64,000 nt of DNA from Bacteroidia bacterium (GTDB taxonomy: Bacteria; Bacteroidota; Bacteroidia; SpSt-205), in the NCBI GenBank assembly GCA_039630245.1, contig JBCNVK010000001.1, forward strand, positions 101,625 to 165,624, in the 5' to 3' direction. Made by a program: the position numbers and the translations under genes. Within the stretch, counting starts at the first letter, position 1; each line of letters begins with the position of its first letter. This document shows positions 31,343 to 42,100 of this stretch, piece after piece. Below the pieces are notes generated by a model that saw only the letters and a list, made by a program, of their open reading frames with translations, was not told where the DNA came from and did not search any database.

Positions 31343-32529
31343 TGCCCCATCTTCCTTCCCTACGTCAGGCGGCCCTGCAAGGGCGGCGGGTATTTGCCCG
31401 AGTGGACTTCAATGTGCCTGTAGAAGGGGAGCTCATTACGGACGATCGGCGCATTCGGGCGGCACTGCCTACGATTGAATACCTTTTGGCCCAAGGGGCA
31501 GGCGTTATTCTGTGCTCGCACTTCGGCCGTCCCAAAGCCGGGGTACCTGACCCGCGCTATTCCCTTCAAGTCGTGCGTCGCCACTTAGAAAACCTCCTCC
31601 AGCGCCCGGTAGGATGGATTGCCGACCCTTTCACCCCTTTCCCCGTAGCGCCGGGCACCGTTTACCTTATGGAAAATATCCGCTTTTTCTCGGGTGAGAC
31701 GGAAAATGACCCGCACCTAGCGCAGGCTTTAGCGGCTTGGGCCGAGGTGTATGTAAATGATGCATTTGGGACGCTGCACCGAGCCCATGCTTCGGTGGAT
31801 GCCCTACCTCGCCTCTTTAGAGAAAAATACGCTGGCTTTCTTGTGGAAGCCGAATGGCAAAATGCTCAGCGGGTACTCTACACTATAGAACGGCCCTACC
31901 TCCTCATTGTAGGGGGGGCTAAGGTAAGCGATAAGCTTCCTCTGCTAAAGCACCTTCTTCCGCGTGCGGACAGGGTGCTAATTGGAGGCGGCATGAGTTA
32001 TACCTTCCTCAAGGCGGAGGGACGACCAGTAGGGCGCTCTCTCGTGGAGGCTGATCAGCTGGAGGCGGCACGCGACTTTCTTGCTCAAGCGCGCCAGCAG
32101 GGCAAAACCATAGGCCTACCCGTGGATGCCGTAGCCGCCGAGGCCTTCTCCGCTGAAGCAGTGCCCCATATCTTCTCCCATGAGCCTGGCGCCTTTCCAG
32201 AAACCTATATGGGGCTTGATATCGGGCCAGCTACGATTGAGCTGGCACGCCGGCTTATCCAAGGTAGTCGCACGATTCTATGGAATGGGCCGATGGGCGT
32301 GTTTGAGTGGCCGGCTTTTCGGGCTGGTACGCAGGCTGTCGCCGAGGCCGTGGCGGCAGAAACCACCCAACACGGCGCCTATAGCCTTATCGGGGGCGGC
32401 GATACGGCGGCCGCAGTGGAAATGGCTGGCGTCGCCGACCAAGTCAGCTTCGTTTCCACGGGTGGTGGGGCGCTCTTAGAGCTTTTGGCGGGGCAGACGC
32501 TTCCCGGCATAGCTGCCCTCTTAGCATGA
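31342..32529 (+). CDS. pgk: Phosphoglycerate kinase
   Basis: RVDFNVP at the N-terminus, ...CSHFGRPKAG..., and the C-terminal GGGDTAAAV. Confidence 0.92.
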
Positions 32530-33020
32530 AAATTTGGCACACCTGCCTACTCCCCTCTGCCCTTCTGGCACAAATCTACTGGCAAGGGCTAGAGGAGGCC
32601 TTCCAACGCGCCCGCTACCAGGATCGGCTTCTCCTAATTTACCTCTATACGCCCTGGTGTGGCCTCTGCGTCCTTATGGATCAGATTACCTGGGCACATC
32701 CCGTCATCGCTACCTATGCGGTCCGCAATTTCCACTGCGTGCGTCTCAATGCCGAAAGCCGCGACTCCATTTTCTTCAATGGCACCTTCTTCCCATACCT
32801 GCCCGAGGTCCATGCGAATGAAGTGGCATACCTTTTGCTGGAAGGGAAAATGGAATATCCTGCCCTCGTGCTGATGGATCCCCGGGGTAGCACGCTCCTC
32901 ACCTTGCGCGGCTATATTGAGCCGAAACTCATGGACGAGATTCTGCGCTACTTTGGCGGGGGATACTATCGCACGATGGGGTGGGAGGAGTTTCAAAAAA
33001 CCTATCCCTCCCAACTATGA
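32526..33020 (+). CDS. Thioredoxin-fold protein (WCGxC variant), exported
   Basis: Signal-like N-terminus, then ...LLLIYLYTPWCGLCVLMDQ.... Overlaps the pgk stop by ATGA. Confidence 0.45.
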   Translation: MKIWHTCLLPSALLAQIYWQGLEEAFQRARYQDRLLLIYLYTPWCGLCVLMDQITWAHPVIATYAVRNFHCVRLNAESRDSIFFNGTFFPYLPEVHANEVAYLLLEGKMEYPALVLMDPRGSTLLTLRGYIEPKLMDEILRYFGGGYYRTMGWEEFQKTYPSQL

Positions 33021-33565
33021 GCGAGGCGGAAAAGGTAGAGACGGAAAAGGTAGAACCCGTAGAAGTGGAGCTTCAGGCCTCTCCTAGCGCCGAGCCAGAG
33101 GCTTCGGAGGCCGCTGAGGTCAAGCGCCTGCAAGAGGAGGTAGCTTTTTGGAAGGACCAGGCGATGCGTGCTGCTGCTGAGCTGGAAAACTACCGCCGGC
33201 GCGTCCAGCGCGACCTTCCTCAGCATATCTTACAGGCCCAAGCGGAACTCCTGCGCAGCCTTCTCCCACTGATAGACAGCCTGAACCGAGGGCTTCAAGC
33301 CGCCCAAGAGGCCCCCGACCTAGAAAAACTCAAGGAAGGCTTAGAAATCACCCACCGCCAGCTCCTCCAAGTCCTCCAGCGCCTTGAAGTAACTCTTATT
33401 TATCCCGATATAGGCAGTCTTCCGAACCCCCAACTCCATGAGGTTCTTTCCACAGTACCAGCACCCGAGGGTGTGCAGCCTCATACTATCTTAGAGGTTG
33501 TACAGCCAGGGTATCTCTTCCGTGGGCTTCTGCTACGCCCCGCCCAGATAATCGTAACTGAATGA
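33017..33565 (+). CDS. grpE: Nucleotide exchange factor GrpE
   Basis: Start refined to the ATG at 33017. Acidic N-terminus, then ...[14 protein letters not shown]..., the GrpE signature. Confidence 0.85.
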   Translation: MSEAEKVETEKVEPVEVELQASPSAEPEASEAAEVKRLQEEVAFWKDQAMRAAAELENYRRRVQRDLPQHILQAQAELLRSLLPLIDSLNRGLQAAQEAPDLEKLKEGLEITHRQLLQVLQRLEVTLIYPDIGSLPNPQLHEVLSTVPAPEGVQPHTILEVVQPGYLFRGLLLRPAQIIVTE

Positions 33566-34677
33566 AAAAAGACTATTACGCTATTTTAGGCGTCCCGCGC
33601 AGCGCGGATTTAGAGACGATTAAGCAGGCCTATCGCCGCTTGGCCCTGCAGTACCATCCGGATCGCAATCCAGGCAATCGGGAAGCGGAAGAGCGCTTCA
33701 AAGAAATCTCGGAAGCCTACGAAGTGCTTAGTGATCCTGAGAAGCGCCGTCAGTACGACCTTTTTGGCACGGTTAGTTCGGCGCCGCCCCCTTCAGCAGA
33801 CCCCTTTACACAGGTCGTAGAGGAAGTATTTGAGACTTTTTTTGGCACAGGACGCCGGCGCAGTGCGCGTCCCCAAGCCGTGCGGGGAGAGGATATACGC
33901 CTACCCTTAGAATTGACTTTAGAAGAGATTGCTACAGGCCTTACGAGGGAGATAGAATATCTGCGGGAGATGCGCTGTGAAGCCTGTGGGGGCACAGGCA
34001 GTGCGCAAGGTACTGTACCTTTTACTTGCAACCTGTGCGGGGGGAGCGGCCAGGTGGCTTACCGTGTAGGCGGAGGGTTCTTTGAGCAGGTGATTTACCA
34101 GACCTGCCCAGAGTGTAAGGGGCGCGGCTTTCGCATAGTAAGCCCTTGTTCAGCGTGTGAAGGCAAGGGAGTGAGGCCGCGCATGCACCGGCAGCTTATA
34201 GAAGTACCGCCTGGGGCTACGGGCGGCATGACGCTGGCTCTACGCGGAGCAGGCCATATGGGGCCGTGGGGCGGCCCTCCCGGCGACCTCCTTCTAGAGG
34301 TGCGGGAAAAACCCCACCCCATTTTCATACGAGAGGAATATAACCTGCTCTATGAGGCTTGGGTCAGTTACCCCGACCTCGTGCTCGGCACCACTCTTAC
34401 AATTCCGCTGCTTGATGGCGAAAAGTTGAGCCTTTCTCTACCGCCGGGCACCCTTTCTGGGGAAGTTTTTCGCTTTACAGGCAAAGGCCTCCCGCATTAC
34501 AATAGCCGAAAGCGCGGCGACCTCCTTGTACAAGTCCATGTATGGGTGCCCAAACGGATAAGTAGCGAAGACAAAAAACTCTTAGAGCTTATGCGCCAAT
34601 CCGGCACCTTCCAGCCTACCCCTAAAAAATCTGAAAAAAGCTTCCTGCGCCGCTTTCGGGAATTTTTTCAAAAATAA
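33562..34677 (+). CDS. dnaJ: Molecular chaperone DnaJ
   Basis: J-domain [10 protein letters not shown]...HPDRN, a G/F region, four CxxCxGxG zinc-finger repeats, and a C-terminal domain. Confidence 0.9.
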   Translation: MKKDYYAILGVPRSADLETIKQAYRRLALQYHPDRNPGNREAEERFKEISEAYEVLSDPEKRRQYDLFGTVSSAPPPSADPFTQVVEEVFETFFGTGRRRSARPQAVRGEDIRLPLELTLEEIATGLTREIEYLREMRCEACGGTGSAQGTVPFTCNLCGGSGQVAYRVGGGFFEQVIYQTCPECKGRGFRIVSPCSACEGKGVRPRMHRQLIEVPPGATGGMTLALRGAGHMGPWGGPPGDLLLEVREKPHPIFIREEYNLLYEAWVSYPDLVLGTTLTIPLLDGEKLSLSLPPGTLSGEVFRFTGKGLPHYNSRKRGDLLVQVHVWVPKRISSEDKKLLELMRQSGTFQPTPKKSEKSFLRRFREFFQK

Positions 34678-34691
34678 GTATTTTTGAAGAA

Positions 34692-35351
34692 GTGCGGTAT
34701 GTGGGTCTGGTTCTTGCGCTGGTGGCTTGCCGGCGCACTCTAACCCTACCCAACTACGAGGAGGGGCAGAGCCTTTTTCCTTTGCAAACTGGTCTTACTT
34801 GGATTTACCTAGTACAGGAAACGACTTATACTACTTCGGGAGCAGTGCCGCACAGGTACTTTCTGCGCCTACGTGTGGATACCCTTACGCGCGATGCCTA
34901 CAACCGACCAAGCTACTATGTACTCTGGGATAGCAGCTATTCGGGCGCTTCGTGGAGCTTTTGGCGCGCTGGGCTGGCCTATCGCGATACGGCGCAAGCC
35001 GAGCTATGGGAGGATAATCGGCGCTACCTTATTTTGCGCTTCCCGCTCTCACCCTTTCTGCGGTGGAACCGGCACGCCTATACCAACCTACCTCCCGAAT
35101 ACGCCCGCTACGCCCACCTAGATACCACCTACACCCTCGATCAACGCCGTTTCCCCTCCAGCGTAATAGTTCTGCGCCGCGAGGACACCCTTAGCCTGCT
35201 GCAAAAAGCCTACTTTTTTGAGGTTTATACGCGCGGGAAGGGGCTTATTCATCGATACGAGCGCTTAGATGCGTACGACCTCTCTTCTAATGGTGCGCTG
35301 GTTCGCAGTACGGATAGCTATCATAGGGAGTGGCGCTTGGTCAGCCCTTGA
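34692..35351 (+). CDS. Exported hypothetical protein (lipoprotein-like)
   Basis: GTG start. N-terminus MRYVGLVLALVACRR. No recognisable family. Confidence 0.35.
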   Translation: MRYVGLVLALVACRRTLTLPNYEEGQSLFPLQTGLTWIYLVQETTYTTSGAVPHRYFLRLRVDTLTRDAYNRPSYYVLWDSSYSGASWSFWRAGLAYRDTAQAELWEDNRRYLILRFPLSPFLRWNRHAYTNLPPEYARYAHLDTTYTLDQRRFPSSVIVLRREDTLSLLQKAYFFEVYTRGKGLIHRYERLDAYDLSSNGALVRSTDSYHREWRLVSP

Positions 35352-35823
35352 AGCGCAGGACACAGTAGGAGTATATTTCTCCAGTCGGGGGTTTGCGTTT
35401 GACCCCTTTTATCGCAAGGCTATTCTGACAAACGATTCGGCCTCTTTATCGGGCAAGGCGGTTTTTCTCCTTCGGCTGGGTGATAGCGTGGCTCAAGCTT
35501 GGAGGGCAGAAGGGCGAGTAGGCGTAAATCTAAATCGCCTGCCAGCAGCAGCCGAGTATATTCGGAGTCCTCATACCCTGCCACCCACCTGGCGGGCTCT
35601 GGTGCTTGTACAGCGACTGGAACTCAAGGCCCAACCGCTCCAGGCCGTGTATGCTCGCAGTAACCGAATTCTTACCGATAAGGCCTACACCCTCCAAGTG
35701 CGGATAGAGGGGATTTGCTTTACCCAGGGAGATGCCTATCCGTTTCGGCAGGAACATCCTCTGAACAATCCCGGCTGGTTTGCAAGTTTGCGAAACTATC
35801 TTCAAGAACTTTTATGCCACTGA
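35269..35823 (+). CDS. Exported hypothetical protein
   Basis: Signal-like N-terminus (...MVRWFAVRIAIIGSGAWSALEAQD). Overlaps the previous ORF in another frame, so one of the two starts is wrong. Confidence 0.35.
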   Translation: MRTTSLLMVRWFAVRIAIIGSGAWSALEAQDTVGVYFSSRGFAFDPFYRKAILTNDSASLSGKAVFLLRLGDSVAQAWRAEGRVGVNLNRLPAAAEYIRSPHTLPPTWRALVLVQRLELKAQPLQAVYARSNRILTDKAYTLQVRIEGICFTQGDAYPFRQEHPLNNPGWFASLRNYLQELLCH

Positions 35824-35969
35824 AAAGCCTACTGATGTGTGTGAGTTTGCTAGTAGTAAGCTGTAGTGGAGGGCGTCGGGGGCGGCGCGTTAGACGCCCT
35901 ATAGATACACCATGCCCTTGCCATTCCCTCAAGTCGCCATTCCTACGCCAAGACCCCTCCGCGTCGGGA

Positions 35970-35997
35970 ATTGGAGTCAGGCAAAAAATTGTACCTT
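35970..35997 (+). promoter_or_regulatory. Candidate Bacteroidota sigma-A type promoter upstream of sprA
   Basis: TAccTTTG at 35990-35997 matches the Bacteroidota -7 consensus TAnnTTTG exactly. A TTG sits about 17-18 bp upstream (aaTTGgagtc). Confidence 0.3.
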
Positions 35998-36003
35998 TGA
36001 GTT

Positions 36004-36158
36004 ATGCTTAGTCGCTGGCAGAAAAGGAGCATCTTTGCAGGGCTTTTGCTGATTGTGGCGCTTGCAGAAGCTTGTGCGCCAGGGCGGGCGAGTCGGATGA
36101 CATGGATGCGTTCGGGTAACTGCCCGGCTACGCGCGTGGGCAATCACTTGTACTACTA
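36004..36158 (+). CDS. Possible small exported peptide (51 aa) in the sprA leader
   Basis: ATG 6 nt after the candidate -7 box. Translation MLSRWQKRSIFAGLLLIVALAEACAPG... has a signal-peptide-like hydrophobic core. Below the ORF-track length cut-off. Confidence 0.2.
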
Positions 36159-36198
36159 AGGGCTATCCCTTAACTTCGCCGTGGAGACTTATGGCTAA

Positions 36199-39100
36199 GT
36201 GCGAGCGCGTGTTGGTGGCTGGCTCTGTGCTGTAGTACTAGTATTGGAAGGCGGTCGTGTTTGGGCGCAGACGCCGGATACAACACGGCGGCGGTTTCGC
36301 GATTCACCCGCCGATGCACCCGTTCGCCCTTCACCAGCTCCGCCTTGGATGCTTCCCCAGCCCAGCACCTACGAGGTAGTATATGAGCTAGCTCCCGATG
36401 GACGAGGGTATTGGGTACGCGAGCGCGTAGGCGGACGGGATATTCGCCCACCCTCCTATATCACGCGCGAGGAATACGAGCGGCTGCGTCAGCAGCGCTT
36501 CATCCATCAGTATTTAGACCGACGCAGTCGCGAGGCTCAGCTGGCCCCCGGCCGTACGCCCACCAGCCCCACCGCCCAATCCCTCTCCGGCCTTATTCCT
36601 CCTATAAATGTCAATAGCGAACTTTTTCGCGACATTTTCGGAAGCGGCCGCGTAGATATCCGCCCAAATATCAACGTACTTATAGACCTTTCGCTGCGCA
36701 CTAACCGCATGCGTAACCCTGCCCTAACAATCCGTCAGCAGCGCAACACCAACCTTGCCTTCAACCAGCAAATCCAAATGAATGTGCTGGGTAGCATCGG
36801 CGAAAAGCTAAAACTGCGGCTTAACTGGGACACTCAGACAAGCTTTAGCTTTGAAAATCAATTCAAGATAGAATACCAAGGCTACGAAGACGATATTATC
36901 AAGAGCATAGAGGCTGGGAATGTAGGGCTGCCTTTAGGCGGTACGCTGATTACTGGGGGGCAAAACCTTTGGGGCATCAAGACCCGCCTACAATTTGGGC
37001 CTATCTTCGTCACCGCTATCGCTTCCCAGCAGCGCAGTAAAAGCCAAGAAGTCGTAGTAAAAGCCGGAGGTCAGCGCCAAGAGCGCGTCAAAAAAGCCAG
37101 CGAATACGACTTCAATAGGCATTTCTTCCTCAATCATTTCTTCCGATCGCTGTATGAACCTTCGCTTTCTACCCTCCCCGTAGTCTCCTCTCCCATCAAT
37201 ATCACGCGCATAGAGGTTTGGGTTACCAACCGCGCTAACGCGACCACCCAAAACAACCGGAATGTAGTAGGTCTTATAGACTTAGGCGAGAACGTGTCTG
37301 GCCGTGGGGGGCGCGTCTTCAATAGAGGGCTAGTGGTCACGGGCGACTACCCAGATAACTCGGCTAATGACCTCTATGCGCGCGTGACGCGCCACCCTGG
37401 GGCTCGCCTGCGCGATTCGGTGATCTATTACCTTACCCAAGAGGGCCTTACGAATGGCCAGGACTTTGAACTGGTAGAAAACATGCGCCGCCTCAATGAA
37501 AATGAATTCTTCGTTCATCGCCAGCTGGGATATATCAGCCTCAATATCTCCCTTCAGCCCAATGACGCCGTCTTCGTAGCCTATGAATACACCCTTGCTG
37601 GGGACAATCGGGTGTATCGGGTGGGTGAATTCTCAGTAGATCAGCCCGCTGACCCCCAAAATAGCAACGTACTCTTTCTCAAAATGCTCAAGCCGCAGGC
37701 CATCCGCCCTGCTCTAAATAATCAGCCTTACCCTACCTGGGACCTTATGATGAAAAATGTGTATCGGCTAGAGGCTTTCAACATTCGGCCAGAAGGGTTT
37801 GAACTTCAGGTGCTCTATGAGGCCACGGATGGCAGCGGCGATGTGGCGTATCTACCTTCACCCGATACGCGCGAGCGGCCTCTGATCCAGGTCTTAGGCC
37901 TAGACCGCCTGCGCAATAATATGGAGGCCGGGCCCGATAATACCTTTGACTTTATTCCTCAAATCACCATCTTTCCTGACCGTGGGCTTATTTTCTTTCC
38001 GGTTTTGGAGCCTTTTGGGAGGCATTTAGTGCGGCAATTCACCTCAGACCCTGTAAATGACTCTATTCGCTATGCGTATGACCCTCTCTATCGCCTCACG
38101 CAGGTAGATGCCATTCAATACTATCCTCAGCTCAACCGCTTCAAGCTGAAATACAGCTTTTTATCCTCCACAGGAGCGGAAATCAACCTCAATACGCCCC
38201 AAATTCAGCCCGGCAGCATACAGGTTACGGCGGGCGGGGCTCCCCTTACCGAAGGGGTAGACTACCAGGTGGACTATACTATCGGCAAAGTTACTATCCT
38301 CAATCAGGGCATCCTGCAGTCGGGTCAAGAGATTCGGGTGCGCTTTGAGACCAATCAGCTTTTCGGCATAGACCAGAAAACCCTCGTAGGGAGCCGCATA
38401 GAATGGCGCCCTTCGCCGCGCTTTCAACTGGGCGTTACGGGCCTGAGCTTCTATGAGCGCCCCCTGATCAATAAGGTGATTATTTCCGAAGAGCCAGCCG
38501 CCAACCTCATGTGGGGCACTGATATCCAACTCCAGGAACGTTCCCGCTTTATAAGTGCGCTGCTCAATAAGCTACCCTTCTACAGCACGAAAGAGGAGAG
38601 CGAAATTACCCTCAAGGGGGAATTTGCCCAGCTTTTGCCGGGGATTCCTCGTCAGGTGGTAGCCGGCGAAGAGAAGGGTATCGCCTACATAGATGACTTT
38701 GAGGGCCTACGGAATACTTTAGACCTTACGCAATGGACGCAGTGGCGGTTAGCCTCCGTACCGCCCCCGCTTCTGCCGGCCTCCAACCATCCACGGGCCG
38801 CTAACTTCACCCGCGCCGCTTTGTCCTGGTATTTTATTGACCCTGAATTCTTCAATCGGCCTTCTAGCTTCGGCTTAGATGACCAAAGCCCTACGCTCAA
38901 TGCCCACTATACTCGGCGCGTGGAGCCGGCGGAGGTTTTCCCTAATCGTACCATAGCCGCTGGGAGCAATATCCTTACCACGTTTGACCTCTACTATAGG
39001 CCGCAGCAGCGCGGGCCTTACAACTACAACACTAACCCTGCCGACCTTCGGCCCGATGGGACCTTCCGCAATCCCGCTCGCAATTGGGCTGGAATCATGC

Positions 39101-42100
39101 GCCGCGTCATCGGAAATACCGACTTTGAGGCGGCTAACTACGAGTTTATTGAGTTCTGGCTCATGGATCCCTTCTTAGAAGACCCGAATGCCTCGGGCGG
39201 AGATCTATACTTCAATCTTGGTCAAATGAGTGAAGATGTGCTGCCCGACAATCGGCGGGCCTACGAGCACGGCCTACCCACTAACGCCGAAGATAATGCG
39301 GCCAACCGCAACCTCACCCTTACCGCCTGGGGCCGAGTACCAAATATTCAAATTCCTACACTGGCTTTTGACAATAACCCGGCCGCCCGCCAGTTCCAAG
39401 ATGTAGGTTTGGACGGCTTAGGAAATGAAGCCGAACGCACTTTTTTTGCCGATTATTTACAGGAGCTTCAGCGCGTTCTTTCACCTGAAGCCTACCAGCA
39501 GGCCTCTAATGACCCCTCCAGCGACGACTACGCGCACTTCCGTGATATCTCCAGCTCTAGCATTCTGGAGCGCTATCAGCGATTTAGTGGGTTAGAAGGA
39601 AATTCTCCTATCCCGCGTGCGGGGGAGCCTTATACGCGCCAGGCCAGCGCTTTACCCGATGTGGAGGATATCAACTTAGATGGCACGCTAAATACCCAAG
39701 AGGCCTACTTTTCCTACCGCATTTCCCTGCGCCCCGCAGACCTTCAGCTGGGCCGAAACTTCATCGTGGATAAGCGGGAACAGGAGGTAAAGCTACCCAA
39801 CGGCCGCACACTTACCACGCGCTGGTACCTCTTCCGCGTGCCCCTGAGCGCCGGTACGCCCGTGGGCGGAATACAGAATTTCAAGGCAATTGACTTTATC
39901 CGCCTGTATCTTACAAACTTTGATAAGGAGGTCGTCCTGCGTTTCGGTAAGCTGGAATTGGTAGCTCCTACCTGGCGACGTGCCCTTATCAACCTCAATC
40001 AGCGCAACGAAAGCCAAACTCCTGAACCTGGCACCGACCTTACCACCTTTGAAACGGGCACGGTGAATATTGAGGAGAATGGGTCGCGTCAGCCTTTTCC
40101 TTATGTCCTCCCCCCGCGTATTCTTCGTCAGCCTGTACCAGGAAGCCCCGTAGCAGGCATTTTGCAGAATGAGCAAAGTCTAGTGCTGCGTGTATGCAAT
40201 CTTGCGGATGGGGATGCACGGGGTGTTTTCCGCACCTTCAACTACGACCTGCGCTTTTACGAGCGGCTGCGCCTTTGGGCCCATGCCGAGCCGCTTGTCG
40301 GAAGCCCTATCCCCCCCAATGTCAATACGCGTGGCGATGTCACCCTCTTTATTCGCATAGGTACCGACTACTCAGATAATTACTACGAGTATGAGACACC
40401 CCTCACGCTTTCTGAGCCAGGCAACTCTAGCCCCGAGAATATCTGGGCCAACAATATAGATATTCGTCTGGAAGACCTAAACTTTGTCAAGGTACTGCGC
40501 GACCAGGCTCGTCAATCACAGAACTTTCCGCTAACGCGGGTATTCTCTTATGTGCTACCTAATGGTGACAGAATTTCGGTGCGCGGCACGCCCCAGCTCA
40601 ATAATGTCAAAGCCATTCTCATAGGAGTACGGAATCCGGATGACGGGCGCGGCCCCATATGTGTAGAAGTATGGGTCAATGAACTGCGCGTGACCAACTA
40701 CAATACCCAATCTGGCTGGAGCGCTTCAGGCATAGTCAATCTACGCCTAGCAGATTTAGGCAACCTCTCGGTTTCAGGTAGCTACGGCACGCCATGGTAC
40801 GGCTCTATAGAACGGAAGGTAAGCCAGCGCACTACAGAATGGACGCAGCGTTATACCCTCACAGGCGGCCTCCAGCTCCACAAACTCCTCCCCAAAGCCT
40901 TAGCCGTGGAAATTCCGGCCTTTTTCACCTATAGCGAAAATACCATTCGCCCGCTGTATAGCCCGTATGACCCCGATGTCCTTACCCGTACGCGCCTTGA
41001 GGCGCAATCCAACCCTTCGGCGCGCGATAGCTTGGAACGGATTCTTACCTCCTACACCCGCACTTATAGCTACACTTTCGCCGGCGTGCGCAAACTCTAT
41101 CGCAATCCGCGCGCTAAAAAGCGCTTCTGGCACATCCAGAATTTCGCCTTTAGCTATGGCTACAACGAAACCTTCTCCCGCACCCCCCAAACCGAATACC
41201 TCATCAATCAGCAGTATACAGGCAGCATCACCTACAATTATACTTTCCAGATCAAGCCCTTACGGCCCTTCGGTTGGACTAAGTTTGCCCTCCTGCGCGA
41301 CTTTAGCCTTACCTACCTGCCCAATCAAATCGGCTGGAAAGTAGAAGGCAATCGCCAGTACCAGGAGCAGCGGCTCCGAGCCGTTGGCGGAGGACATACG
41401 GTCCGACCTACTTTCTACCAGAACTTCCTTATCAATCGCCAATACTTACTCCAGTGGAACCTTACTCCCTCTATCAGCCTTAACTACAACGCTACTGTAC
41501 AAGCGCGCGTGGATGAGCCCGAGGGCCCTATCAACACGCGCGAGAAGCGGGACAGTCTATGGCGCAACTTCCTAAGCTTCGGCAAGGACCCCGCCCGCGG
41601 GCGCTACCAGCGCATCAATTTCGGTCGGACGCTCTCCTTCCAGCAAAATATCACCGCCACCTACCGGCTGCCTTTTGCTAAAATCAAATGGACTGACTGG
41701 ATTAGCAGTTCTATCACCTATACTGCAGATTATCGCTGGGTTACTGCGGCTTTAGGTCAAGAAGCTTTTGGTAATACCGTAAGTAACGGCCAAAACATTC
41801 AGCTAAGCAGCCAGTTTCAGCTAAGCAGCCTTTATAAGAAAATCAAATTCATAGACCGCCTCCTTGCGCCACCGCCTAAGCGGAATATATTTTCCCAGGC
41901 CGACAGCTCGCGCCGGCAAGGGGACGACCCCTACATCGCAATGCGCCACATAGGGCGAACAATAGGTCGGGTGATTTTCGGTATCCAGAGTGTGGATATT
42001 ACTTATAGCCGTCAGCGCACTACCACGTTGCCAGGTTTCTTGCCGCGCCCAGCGAACTTTGGTTTGGATTGGGAATATACCGACACACTTACTGGGCGTC

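Noticed and set aside
41800-41835. Short direct repeat cagctaagcagcc x2 within sprA
   Set aside because: It encodes QLSSQFQLSS inside a continuous ORF. It is too short and isolated to be a functional repeat element.
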